Shown here: piece after piece, positions 49,201 through 62,806 of the stretch
Layout of the letters: every line of letters starts with the position of its first letter
How positions within the stretch are numbered: position 1 is the first letter of the stretch
From: Laetmonice hystrix
Taxonomy: Eukaryota
Reading direction: 5' to 3'
Length of the DNA: 64,000 nt
NCBI GenBank assembly: GCA_965235115.1
Contig: OZ249437.1
Coordinates: forward strand, 31,310,001-31,374,000
Notes under the pieces: model-generated
Database searches by the model: none
What the model was told of the DNA's origin: nothing
The model's input: only the letters and a program-made list of their open reading frames with translations
Position numbers and translations under genes: made by a program

Positions 49201-52200
49201 GGTGCCCACATTGATCAAACAAAGGCAGCTCGGTCTCCTTATAAGGCACCAAGCAGCAGGGCCAGGCAAAATTTGATTATTTCTTCAGATATTAAAAAAA
49301 ATGTGTTAAACTGCAGCCATTCTTGGTTCCATTCTACGGCCATTCAAGTGTTATTATGTTTCATTGATAGGTCATCAACCAACAAAGTAAATCAAGTATC
49401 ATTACTGAAGAAGGATTGCATCGTGTTCAATTTGATTTCATCTATTATCACCAGGTGTGACTAGTTGCAGCTTGAGCCAAGTGAAGAGCTACATAACTAG
49501 AAGTATTGATGGCAACCGTTGACCTCGTAAAAATCATGTGACTACAGTTGAACTGGCTTGATCTGGTTAGTGTGCTTCATTGTGTCTAGAAGGCGCTGGT
49601 GACAGCACGGCTGAAATGTGCATATATGACATACCTGTAGGTCCTGCTTTGCTGCTTCTGCAGCACATCTTGAATTGAATGTTACGAACCCGACAGGCTG
49701 AAACAGGCACACACACACGAGATACAGATTATGTGATTTCTATACGTCTACGGACGGCCATTCCAAACCTAGCTACCTCGCCCTCGACGGATCTATATTT
49801 TGTTTGACCAATTCAACACCCACAGATGCCAAATACCGATTCGTCATCAAAGTTCAGAGTCCGCCTAAACAAGATCGCGTGAGGAACTAGAGTTTGGTAT
49901 GGCCGGTCGCGGCAGCAGCAGCTGGGGGGGAAAGAACAGAGGTGATTAATTAACAAGTGGTCCAGGAAAACCTTGACACCTTGGTCATCCTAACTCACCG
50001 GTCCCAGGAATACTGTCCGTCCTACTGGTGTGGGGTCTCACCAAGGTCAAACACTGAACGCTTAATGATCATGATCTCACAAACAAATGATGGCGTGATA
50101 TGGCTTCTTGACAATAGCAAACCAATACAAAGGGAACAGAAACAGGAAGAGACAAGAGCGGGAAGTCATAGTAACGAAAACTATACTCTTTATAACGGAA
50201 ACCAATGAAACATAATTATCAAGCTCTTTTCTATAGTAAACACGTAAGATTAATCAAAGAACAGAATATCAAGGGGAAAGTTTGATATAAATAATCTTTG
50301 CCAAAATCAAAACGCTACAGACTGTACAAGTGTGTTTCACCAAGAAGTCAAGCAACTCTAGGTCTAAATCGAATTCAAAGTGAAATAATGCTTCGTTAAA
50401 TTTGGTGTAATTGACTCCGTTTTCTGTCTTGACTCTCTTTTTCTTGACTTTCTTTGTGAAACTAGTAGAAACTACAGTGACTGAATCAGCTACAAAAATC
50501 TACAAAACCTATCGGGCTATTTATCCCTTGACAGTATACCGTAGCTACAAGAGTTCTGGTAGAGAACAAATTCCAGGACGTCTACACCATTATCTGTTAC
50601 GGGTAGAAGTCCTAAAGTCTCTCCCTGCCAAGGGATGAACAGCTACACCAATACCACCTCCACCCTGAAGCGGGACTTTTTAACGTTAAAGCCATAGTGA
50701 CACAATGATGATGATGATGATGATGATGATACAGAGTTCAATGGTACCCGTTAGTAATGTATTAGTGTGGTATTTTCCCTAGTTAGTTGGTCACCACCAA
50801 CCAGTACACAGACAAATACGGTACACAAATAGCGGCAATACTGACTAAAGGAGGTAAAACCACCATTAGGTGATTCACAGACAGGTAGTCACAAGACATG
50901 TATAAGACGCACATTACCCAGTTGTTATTAGAGAAACTGTTGAGTGGAGATATTATTTCGGATTGGGATCGTACAGTCTAGATCTCAAGCAGCAGCCAAC
51001 AGGTTGGAAAGAAGCCGCTAGCTTTGATTACGGTAGGAAAGTAGGACGGAGGAGGAGGATGGAAGTGTAGGATTAGATGTAGGAGGATAGGTAGACAGGG
51101 GTGAAGTTGTCAGGCATTTTGTGATGTTGTCAGGCATTATGTGATGTTGTCATGCATGAGTGTCTGTGTACATGTAAAGGGAGACACTCGTTATCATGCT
51201 AGTTCTGTCCACAGTCCACTCTCTGTCTCCGTGATGACGATTATCACGAACCGTCTTTCTCTTACCCTTCCTCATAATCCACTAATTAGATCCTCTCGTG
51301 CTACCTTTCCATAACTCCATTTCTAACTAAACAAATACATCAGGAGAAGTTATTTACTATAGAGATGGGCGGCCCACTTTCCACGATTCCAATTTGAAAC
51401 GGATTATGGCAATTAGTGTTTTAATAATCATGTAATTTCGAGAAGTAGATTGCTTCAATGATGTCCCATGACAATTCACAATACCTCAATTCCGCCGAAG
51501 ATGACCGTCGTTTTCCTGTACTAAACCGTTACCCCCCATATTCCTACCAAGGTCAACTGCCTTTTTATAATGCATTCAGCTAAACGTCGTCGAGATTGCT
51601 TTATTGCTTTTCCCTCTAAACAATCTAATGGCTTGAAGACATCAAGGACCTTCGTGCTGTCACGGTAACGTCAGGTCTGCAGTCGGGATTTGGAGATTGA
51701 AAGAAAGGAAATATACTGGGGAAGAAGTCAGCATGCCAAGGTGAGCTGGGAGAGACAGCACAGCCCAAGGACAGTTCAAGGTCAGAGAGACAAGGCGTTC
51801 CGAGTATTCTGTTACTATAGAAACTACATGATACTGGTGGTGGTGGTTATGTTGTAGTGACTGCTGCCAATGGCTCTGGCTGCACGTGTATTTTAGTTCT
51901 CCGTATGAACCCTAGATGGCGCAGTGACTGGGGGAGGGATATCCTCTCCCTGACGCCCAGGGGACCCACGGGTCAGCCGAGATACCAAGATGCTGTCTAG
52001 CTTTGTGTGTTTGTGATGCCATTGTCAGCTGTGTTGCTTTTAATATCTCATGGTCGTGTCAAGGTCACCTAAGTTGACCTTATAACCTCCGTGCATGTTC
52101 TCATCTGTGTGTTCTTTCGCATAGCCTGTGTTCAGGGAACTGTGCGAGTTCCCTTTGACCAAAGACACCAAAAAAAGTGAACTTCAACTAAAAATGTTTC

Positions 52201-55200
52201 TTTGATGTGACAGTTTTCTCTTTTTTTTTCATTCCGTTTGAGGGGCATTAATATGAATTGAAACAATACGTACATTTCTGATTTTTGGGGGCATTTCCTG
52301 AAAACAACATCCAGTGTCATTATTATTCAATGACTGGTACCTGGGTCGGACTAGCGGTCGAGGAACCGGTCGAAGTCAGCCCGGACAAACCGTCGCCATC
52401 TTCTCACCAAAGAAAACTCACCAGACCAGCTGCGTACGCCGGTCCAAAACTAAAGCAAGCATCAATTTCATAACAGATTCATTTTCAAAATGTGAAGCTT
52501 TCAGAATAATTCTATGTTTTTCTTTCTACAACGTGAAATCTAGATATAAAATACAAGCAGATCCCCATTTTATTTTAAGTAGTCAGGGAAAAATAAAAGC
52601 AGCAGTGTTAAGGATTTGCTACGTGCAATTTGCAACAAGTATGAATATCTTAAAGAATTGACTACTGAATGAAGACTTTCAATATGAGGAAACTTTTTGT
52701 TTATGCAGACGGTATGAATACATTGATTAGAAATCACTTTCGATTGGAGTCGAACTTCTACATTCTTTTTCAGAAGAGAAGGAAACATTAACGACTTTAA
52801 CACTGTAAGGGTTATATTACAGTCAAAGTAAGTCACAAAGTTAGGTTTCATTTAGAGCGTGAAAATCATGTCGTGTTATGAATACAATACTGGATACAAA
52901 TATTATGTATTTAGAGGAACCATGTCAGCTGAAATATACATAATATCTCTAGTGGCCGCCAGTCTGTAAGCGTCAATGTGTGGGTGAGATTTTGATGCCA
53001 TTTTGTGGGACGTGGTGGTAGAAGCACAACGCCACCTGGTGGGGGTAGATGGAACCTTAATCTTTGTGCCCGGTGTATTCACTGTGTATGCGCGGCCTAC
53101 ATTATGTGTCGAGGACCATGGACACACTCCTGGGTGTGTGGGTCCAGTGTAGGTGGGTGTGACTGTGAGGCTACCAGGTACCGGCAACAATAACACATGG
53201 CAGTATGCTGAAGGTGAGTGACCGAGTCAGGGTGCCCGAGTGGAGGAACTCGACCCGGGCGGCCAGGCAGGCACACGGGGTCGGAGGCCTGTTAGTGGAC
53301 GGTAGCAATCTACCAGACAACAACATTACCAGTCAAGTCGTTATTCATCATTCACTGGCCCCTGATGGGAGCGCAATCCTATTGTTAACTCAAATTTAAC
53401 TAATATAACATATCTGTGATTAAAGCCAATCCTTTGACGCCCAACATGTTCATATGAGGGGGTAAAAAAAATAAGGTCACAGGAAATTTCTGCAAAATGA
53501 AAGGTTCCAAAAGGTAAAATTTTTTTTTTTTTTTGGCGCAATATAGTGTAAATTTGGAACAAGTGACAATGCCGCTGTTTATGTGTCACCGACATAAGCT
53601 TCGCCTGTGACTCACTCTCGTAATTTGGTTGCGATTAGAATCTGTTCGATAACTCAGCTACTGGATTTGAATCTTTAATGTTAATTAATTCATAATGAGA
53701 GCAATAAGTGATGCTTGAAAGGAATTTGGTACATCAAAATGGGGAAATTGCAGTTTTTTAAAATTGATTTTTCTTCCTTAAAAGTTAAAAATTCATTACA
53801 TATTGTATGTAACACCAAACCATGCCAAGATACAAACAAATTTCAATACTTCAAAAAGAGTAATTATTATCAGAAATTATTACTGACCCAGAATGAATTT
53901 TTTTCTTGTGGGAGGAAAAAATAATGCACATGTTGGTCACCAGAGGGCAGGACTGTGAACCATGCAGGTGATGGGATACTTACTGAGGTGCTTTTGCCAT
54001 TTTTGCCAGTGACTTTCAAGAGTGATCCTTCATAGCCCTGCAAATAGTGAGCAGAGAGCGGCAATAGTGCAGTGCACTCTCAATTTTTCCACTCTACTTA
54101 CATTGGTATTTTTCCCCTGCTTTCCCATGACTTTTAACAAGGAATTTTCATACCCCTAAAAAGACGGAAGCAGAACAATTTTTAGACAAACGAGGAGTAT
54201 GAACAAGACACTGGTTAGAGCACAGCATTGAAAGTTGTGAAACATGCAGCAGTGACACAGAACACTGTTGTATAGAGCGGGGTGGCCAGCCATTACATAA
54301 ATAAACCAGTAAACGTGAAACGGCAGCGGAAAATTTTAAAAAGAAGAAAAAAAAGATTAAATTCTAAAATACAGGACAAGTGGGAGCTTTCTTTGGCCAA
54401 CCTCTGGGATGGAGATATTTAATAATAGTTCATCTACAATTTTTTCTTCTGCAATATGAAAACAATGAGGCAAAATTGTTCCCAACTACTGCAACAGTCT
54501 TCTCAGTGCTTTTACAAATTAGCTTAACTGCCCTTTTCAACTAATGACATTACCAAAAGTGGACTGGCTACGAAGGAACTGCACTTTCACTGAAGATTTC
54601 GAAGAAGGATATTTAAAGGTCACAGGAGCACTTAACGATTTAAGAGGTTTCAAAGGAATATAACACATGGAAGAGGGGTCTAAATCACTATAGGATTTCC
54701 CCGTTAAAACCTGAATGATACAGAAACAATCTTACATGCTCACACGCACACCCGACACACTACACACATATATACTGACGGCAAGATCCCCCGACATACC
54801 CACACCCACACCCACTACGCAGCCACACATTAACCACACCCACCCACCCCATGACACATGTTTGGAGTTCTGACGTCGACAACAGCATCCGGTGACCAGC
54901 CACGGTCCATTCATTAGCCGGCCGCCATGTTGGCCAGGCGACCGCCATCCTGACATCATTATATCATTATTAGCCTTGTAATCTCGCTCAAAACCTGATT
55001 TATCACGGACACCAAGAGTTATGGCTGGCCCGAGATGGGAGCTGCTGACAAATCGGCTTAGCTTGGGGCAGGCGGGCTAATGCTTGGCCTGCCTGTGGTA
55101 GTACAACTTGATCGAGGCCCCATCCACTGTCTCAGCTCCAGCCCCACGAGGCATTGCTGATATAGTAGCGCCTTTCCTTATTGACACGTTCACATGTGTC

Positions 55201-58200
55201 AGAAAATCTTTATTTTCGGCGCAGTTCGGACAGCAATGGATAGGTCAGGGGAAGGATAACAGCATCAAGAAGTGCCCCCTCCTGCCGGTCTGAGACCCCT
55301 CCCACCACCGGTCCAGGTCCTGCCTGCCTAGGGCTGTCATGGATCAGGCTTACCGCGACAATCAGGAGAGCGACCACTGTCGGCCACCTGGCGGCAGTCA
55401 TGGGAGGCAATCTGACTGGAACCTGGGAGTGGCGAGGGTGTGTCGACTGAAACCCTGGATCCATCAGGGGAGAGGCCCCCTATCGCCTGAGATAAGGGGA
55501 TGGGGGGTTCAATGATAATGCTGGAATGATCTACACCTGTTTGGTATTGGAAACATCAGCAAAGAACTAATAAAAAAACGAACACCTGCACATGATCAGG
55601 AATCCATGTAGGCATATAGCCTTTGTCATCCGACTTCTGCAACTTTCTTGTATGACCCACTTGTCCCCAGCAGGGGGTGCCCTTGTCGACCCCCCCCCCC
55701 GATCCCATGTCATACCTGCACACTGAAGCGGCTATAGGTACAAGGTCTCGATCAATTTACCGTCATTCTGTGACATATACTACCTGCCCGTTTCTACCTG
55801 TCCCACCCAGAGGTTTTAACAGGTAAGTCTTTGCGCGGTGAAACTCCTATGCTCTTTTGTAGTTTTGACATCTGCGGCAAGGCCATTTGGATGGGGCGAG
55901 GGTATGCAAGGTGATTACATCACAAAGGCTGCTCGGGCCTTATGTCCCTCAATCTTAGGAAATGATTGCTTGGCATTATTGAATTTTTCGCCCTTTGAAC
56001 TGAGACCCGCCCTCAAGTTTGACGGCATAAAGAGGGAGGGACAAGAGGTTTTTCGTTTCTCTCCTTTGATCATGGGCCCTGAAGGCGGTCGGAAGCTATT
56101 AGCGTGTGTAAAACAGCCGGTGTCTACTCCATGCCTAATCCGTAAACTTGTAAGGTCAGGTTATGTTTACCAAACATCTCTCTGTCAAACTCCGACACCA
56201 CCGAACGTGACACGCCAACAGCAATCTACAGCTTTAATTCTTGGATCGTGTGGCCATGAGGCGGTTGGTATATTCCATTTATCAAAACTACCTGCTTCAA
56301 CTCTGCAAGTTGGAGTTCAGCAGTTAGAGCTGTCATACCATGACATAGGTTTTATTTTTCAAGATGCCATACTGTGCCATGTAATTCAGGTGGTTTATGT
56401 TCTGCACCTTAATTGGATTTGTCTTCAGCTGCACAGGTCTGAGTACAACGTGCAGCATGCTTCTAAAGAACAGGGGAATTTTAGTGTCGCTACCAAAATA
56501 GCCATAGCCGCCACAATAATTTTGAATTAACTAATTAACCACATCAGACAAACCAGAAACGACTAATCAACTGACTGTACGGGGCTGGTCCTTCTGTCGA
56601 CTGACACTTGGCTCTGAGAGATGTCAACTGTGAACCAAGGCCGGGATAGTTCACGACCAGTAGCGCCATCTGTCAATTACTGACTGAACTAAACGCCCCT
56701 CAGCCATCAGGTGAGCTATTGCCGTACTCAAAGACAACAGATAAACCTGTATCTTTGACCAGCCACTCCAGCTACCAGTCAGAGATTTTCAAACGCACAT
56801 ATTGACCTTGCAGAGGTCTGACAACTTGCTTTAACTGATCTTCTGGTCGACCTTGTCCCGAACAAACACATACTATAGTGTCTATTACAAGGCAGAAACA
56901 TATCGCAAATCTACCTCCCTGTATAACTTCGAACTAATTCTTCTTTACCCGCGCACAATTCCCTGTATTGTAAATGGGGAAAATGGGGCGAGGATTTGCG
57001 TCTGAGCTCTCCCCACCGCCGTGTGCAATCCAAGGTGTCTGAGATGCCTCCCCCCCCCCCACACACACACACATAATAATGGCTGCGAGCCATTCTCTGA
57101 CAACGCGACATTACGGTCCACCACTGCCATGTCAGCCGGGCCCCTGGGCCAGGAGAGGGCCCAGCCATCGACAGTTGACGACACTACCATTGTCTCAGTC
57201 TCAGCGAAATGTTCCATAAAAACCTGTTGGTCGGGCCTGTAATAGTAGAATGCTATTGGTGACTGTCTACATTTGGCAGGAGGCATGGTACAATCGTCAA
57301 TGGCTTATGGACTATAGTTGTGTGGGCAGCCCTACAATTTGTGACCTTGTGGCACATAAGTAAAATAGATCTATCATGGCTCTTCAACTGGTTAAAATAA
57401 AGCTGGTATAGCAACAGGTAAAACTGCCGATTGCAGCTTGACATTTTCGGCATCACCCAGCAATACAAATGATAGTTACCTCCTCAATCATGCAGTAACA
57501 CGTCGCATGTCAAGTGTCACCTTTCCGAGAGCCGCTTCCTGCCTCGACCCAGAGTTTGACTGTAGGTGACGTGACGTGTCACTGACAGGTAACCTGTCAC
57601 ACTGCGGCCCGTGCTGTGACAACAGGTGTGCCGTTCGACGACCTGACATTGTCTTTGGAAAGACGCCAGAACTAACACCTATTTGCCTACAGGATACAAT
57701 TAGCTGCAAATCATTTACGTCTAATTGAGGTGTATCTGTCGCCTTTCGGGCTCCCTCCCCCACTTTCCGGACTGTCGTACATACTGATTATTGGTTTAGA
57801 GCCCCCTTGATCAATGTTCAAAGGACGAACTAACTGAAATGTACAGATGCGATGCAGAAAGTGCATTCATATTTTTTCTATCGGTCGGGATGACCTACCG
57901 GTCCATTGATAGACAGCAAGGTGACCCAAGTAAATCTCCAACAATCACTTCCGTTCTCAGGCCCGCCATAACTTCTACCTGGCGACCGGCGCTGATTCAT
58001 GACAGCGATCAATCTGTCTGGAAGCTCTCCTAATAACAGCAATTTATTCCCGCAACTTCTTCTGCTTTCAGCGCGCGTAACTCATCTCAGACCCGGGCTA
58101 GATTGTCTCTGAAGTTGGCTTTATTCATGTTCTTATTTCCCGTCAACTGATGGAAGTAAATCAAGGAGAATTATGACGTCATCAACGTACATTCATCATG

Positions 58201-59169
58201 GAGGGGACCGAGGGCAGGAAGGAGGCCGTGGGTGATCAGCCCGGTGTCTTCCAACCTCACACAGACCTCCATCAGAGGTGGGAATCAGTCAACAAACAAA
58301 GGTAAAGGACTCGTTCCTTCATCTCAGACGGCCGTTTCATCCTGGCATCATCTAAGGGTATCCGTCTTAGGCCACCACATTTATAAATCAGACAACGGAC
58401 CACATGAGTTTCCATAACCACTCATAATTATGTCCTTCTGGGAGACTTCTACCTTGAAATGGGACCTTCATGGGCGAATGCTGCACCAGATTTCTCATCA
58501 TTGAATTGGAATATTTGTTCTACAAGGTTACCAAATTTCTATCGAGGGAAGCTTCGAAACAAATACGTTCAGATTGGAAGAAGAATAGAGGTCAAATTGT
58601 TGCCCGCGGAAAAGAGAGTAGTGTATAGTCAGATATGGACTTAGTGGCTGGTCTCGCGAAATGCTCACAACTTACACAATAAGGCAACCAGAAAATACGA
58701 GTTGTTTTGTTCATTTTGGGCCTTAAATGTTTCCCATAAAATACTCTGCCGATATTCAAGTGAATGAACCTTTCGTCATCTAGTTGTACAGTGCTCAGTG
58801 GCTGCAAGGTTAGCTGTTAACAATTTGAACATCATGCATTATACAATAAAGACAATATACCATCCTGTGTGGTTGTCGTTTGGGTTTTAAGTTTCAGTGT
58901 CGTGCCTTTCCTTGCCAGGTTTACTCGTGACTAGGAAGCATGATCCAAACTTTTTTAAAGTTTAGTCTGTGACTCGCACTAGGCTAGCTCTTATTGGTGA
59001 AACTGACTCAACTGCTACGCGTGCCTGTTACTCAACTGTGGCTGTGTTTCCCGGTAAGGTGGGTGTGGCCATTATGTTAATGAGGACTTACCTTGTAGGC
59101 ACGGAAGAGGAGGTACAGCTCCCTCGGCTTCGCATCCATGGGCAGGCCACTGACAAATAACGTTCGAAC
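40240..59169 (-). CDS. cpo: Couch potato / RBPMS-family RNA-binding protein with two RRMs (5' end and last exon unresolved)
   Basis: Exons 59092-59169 ([26 protein letters not shown]), 53984-54037 ([18 protein letters not shown]), 49635-49697 ([21 protein letters not shown]), 49012-49150 ([27 protein letters not shown]...), 46424-46566, 42730-42938 (...[24 protein letters not shown]), 41241-41310 ([23 protein letters not shown]), 40240-40347 ([36 protein letters not shown]). All joins are GT-AG and in phase. Confidence 0.95.
43954..44632. repeat. 64-bp minisatellite, about 10.5 copies, in a cpo intron
   Basis: Unit AACAAACAGTACATCTCAAACTTAACGTCTAACTGGCTTACCACCAACAATTCTACCGCTTACT. Confidence 0.96.
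44698..44792. repeat. 34-bp tandem repeat, about 3 copies
   Basis: CCAATCATCAGACAAGACAAATAGGG.. starts at 44698, 44732 and 44766. Confidence 0.85.
48765..48779 (+). promoter_or_regulatory. CTCF-like core motif in a cpo intron
   Basis: CCGCCAGGGGGCGTT. Motif match only. Confidence 0.35.
51106..51157. repeat. 20-bp tandem repeat, about 2.6 copies
   Basis: Unit GTTGTCAGGCATT(T/A)TGTGAT. Confidence 0.8.
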
Positions 59170-61533
59170 CTGCAATAAACAAATCAGAAAGCCCAAATCA
59201 GCAACAATCGCCACCATAACATTAACAACAATACATGCAGATGATTACAACTTTTATAATGAACGTCAAAATTAAAGTCCGCTTGGCAAACATTTACAGC
59301 ACATTGACAAGCGGTGGTGAGGACTATTTTTACCGTTCATGACCAATAATTACGCTGAGTGATACATAAAACATCAATCGGAAGCAATTACATGTGTGTG
59401 CCGGCACTGTTCCCAAGAAGATTTCGTCGATATGTTTTCTCCTCCATTGTAACATTCATTAAACTGCCTGACAGTTATGAGTCGATGAGCCAGCAATGGG
59501 GTCCACTGGCCCGCTTCTGGCCCGCCATTATCATTTATCTTGGCTGAACAGGCAACAAGCCCACTGGGCCAAACTGGGTACCTGTCCATTGGGGTGATCA
59601 AGGCGGGGGGCCTTCCCAAGCGCCGAGCCTGCCGAGGTCCGGTGGCCCGCTACTTCAGACCAGACCCTTGCCTCATAAGGATGCTAATAGCCTTTACGTT
59701 CACTTTACTGCTTGCTTCTTCCCATCTCAGGGACAAATAATGATGAGGCGTCATACATCTTCATGACAGGCAGGCAGCGGGACCCAGTCAAGTCATTCCC
59801 TTTAGCCCCTGCACTTGATGCCAGGCTAATTTATGTCAGTGGTCGACGCAAAACAAATTTAAGGGGCCAGCTTCTATCCAGGAATTCATTGGCGCCGTAA
59901 ATAAGGGTTACAAGGTGATCCTCGCCAAAACTTTCAATGACATCGGATCAGAAATCTTAATATGTCTTTTCAGACACATCGCTATCTTTTTTAGTTTTAT
60001 CACCAGAAATACTCCTAAAACCTGCCCAATCTTTTTCTGGTTTTAAACATTTCTCGTAAAGATTTCGACTTAATCGGCGTGTAATCCTTATTCCGGTAAA
60101 ATTGGGGCTTTTACTTTAGATTCATGTAAAATTCTCAATGGTGGAAGTGTCTCGAATAAAGGTTTATCACGTCTTTCACTACCTACAGTCACATCACTAA
60201 AGTACCATTAGTATGACCCTAACCAGCACACGTCATCAAGCCAACCCGGTACTGAGACATAGTAATAACCTTCACAGGTGTCTCGAGATTGTAAAACTTT
60301 ATCCTTAGGCACCATGAGTGTTAATCAATCTCCTCCACTCATTCCTTTGGGACACAAACTAATAAAAGGCACTTTTAGATTCACTTATGTCACACATGAA
60401 ATTCATTTCCAGAAATTCAGGTCAGTCGTATGCGATGACAAATAATTCCATCGTGACGGCAATTAAGTCTTGACAATTGGACAGTTTCTTTTCTCGGAAT
60501 CACGACTTATAAAAGTCGTGAAATGCACGTGATCGGGTGCCGTTCTGTTGGAGTTTTAAGACCGGAAACGGAGCAAACGGGCAGGACGCATTTCTTGGGT
60601 GGTGGCCACCCGCACGACCGAGAGGTTTGGGGGCTTCCACCCCCCCCCCCCCCCCCTCCGGGGCCACCTGCCCCCTTGTAATACGACGACCAGCCATGGC
60701 ACCGACCATTTGCCTTTTATCCGTGTTCGATGGCTGGATGGTGTGCTTGGCCAGCAGCTGGTGGCCTCCGCCAACATTAAAACGAACATGATTGTACATT
60801 TAGTGAGGCCTTACAGGACATTCTCCCTGGGCACTTCTCATCGGCGAGCACCTGCCTTCGTCTACTCGGTGACCATCAAACCTGCAGCAAGTCAAACATC
60901 CATAACCACTGGCCCCCACTCCTCAAGGTTGGCGCCCTTCTTACTTTAATACGTGATATACCGCCTCACGCCATGCCAACTCCTGGGGCTCACACCTTTA
61001 CTTTCTCCACTCTGTCTCCGTCCAACTTCCACTGTTACGATATTCTACGGACTGACAGAATTCCCAAAAGCTTTTTACATAAACCACACGGACCTTTTTG
61101 GGTGACTCGAATGTATGGCTGCCGTTGGGGCCCTGTGGCGGTTGTTGTGGAGGGGAAGGAGAGGGATAAATAGAGAAAGGTCATACGGATACATGCATAT
61201 CCTATCCTTGGATCAACTGGAGGTGAGGCGCCAAGCAGGTGGAGTGGAAGGAAGTAACGGACATCCTGTTTGCCATGTTTCACTGGTCACCACAGGAGTC
61301 AGGGCCCTCCCAGGGCTGGCCAGTCCGAGCCCTGCCAACCCATCGGGCGATGCACTCACTATCACAACTCGAGTTTTCAGGTTTTTAATTAGTTATTACT
61401 TCGATATGACATACCTTCAGACATCTCTCCTCGAGATGGGATCCCATACACTTTGTTCACATTCGAGCCTCATGGAGCGGACTCCAGGAACCATTATTCC
61501 TTTCATACAATTGGGATCTTGCCCGTGCGTCTC

Positions 61534-61609
61534 CTCAAACGTTGCGTCTTACCGCAAACGTTGCGTCTCATCTCAAACGTTGCGTCTTAACTCAAACATT
61601 GCGTCTTAA
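61534..61609. repeat. 19-bp tandem repeat, 4 copies
   Basis: Unit CTCAAACGTTGCGTCTTAA with minor variants. Confidence 0.85.
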
Positions 61610-62752
61610 CCTCACACGTCTGAACTAGAGGAGCTATAGAACTACTCGTAGGTGCCCTCTGGGGACGTCTATGATCTGAATTGCAATACTCAAAACGACA
61701 AGTGGTTGCCAGGAGTGAGTCAGCCAGTCAGCCCGTAGTGTCGCCGTGGCCTGCAGGAGAACGGTTTGGAAGGACGAGGAGGAACACAGATCGAGTACAC
61801 GACCTGCACTGGTTGACATCACCCGATCTGTCCCCCACCGCCAGGCCTAACCGTCCCCTCCAACCATCCCGTGTTCATATCAAAGCCTACCTCTCCGCTT
61901 CTCCAAACAAACACATTTCATACATCACTTCCATGTCAGTTTGCTTTACATTGTCCTATGTCTGTGTGATTTCAGAACATCGTAGGTTCTGCCCGTCTGA
62001 CTCACCGGAGCGGGGATCGATGCACTAAACGATCGAGTTCATCTGGCACACCCTGGCGCCCCTTTCTCCTCCTGGCACACAGAGGGCTCTGCTACAAATG
62101 CGCACAGTCGGCTACTGTCAACTGTCATATATGCTACATGAAACAAGCCTTGACCATGCCGCTGGGTGGGGCAGTCAGTCTGTTTATAGTTGGTTAGTTA
62201 CTCAGGTGAGCGGGCCTGTCATTTGTTCTGCTGTCAGAGAGCTCAGATCACCCCGATCGAACCAACCTGTTCACGCCTTATCTCAGTGGTGGCAGACGAC
62301 AGCCAGCAAATACTCAGAATTCTGCTCATTTGGTTCCATCAAGGTCGATAATTCTCCGTGCATCCTGTAACGTTGAACTCTACATCCCAACGTCACTGCG
62401 AAGCGTTTTAGCTTTCAGCGATTTCTTTTTTTTTTTGGAGGAGGAGGGGGGGGTAGAGAACTTGTGGAGAGTTTAATACCTTTTGATCTTCGATCTCACA
62501 TCATCCTCATCCATTGACATCATTTCTCGCCCGTTGGGCTAGAAGTTGTTAACGGGGGAGGTCACCAACGTTAGACCTGTTCCTTAGCGACACACCCTCC
62601 TTCCACTCCCCCTAGCTAGAAGGGCGTGGCATCATTTTGAGTCTGCCCCAGTGCACCTGCCCTCACTAGTCTTTGAAAACGACATCCCTTTCCAGAATCG
62701 ACACACCTGTGTGACTGCATACCTTCAATGGTATCATGGCTCGCCTCTCTAC

Positions 62753-62806
62753 GAGGGCTGCAGTCTTAGAGAGGGCTGCAGTCTTAGAGAGGGCTGCAGT
62801 CTTAGA
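62753..62806. repeat. 18-bp tandem repeat, 3 copies
   Basis: Unit GAGGGCTGCAGTCTTAGA, perfect copies. Confidence 0.9.

Noticed and set aside
55838-56530. 230-aa plus-strand ORF
   Set aside because: It has no recognisable motif, has atypical composition and lies antisense within a cpo intron. It is most likely a chance ORF.
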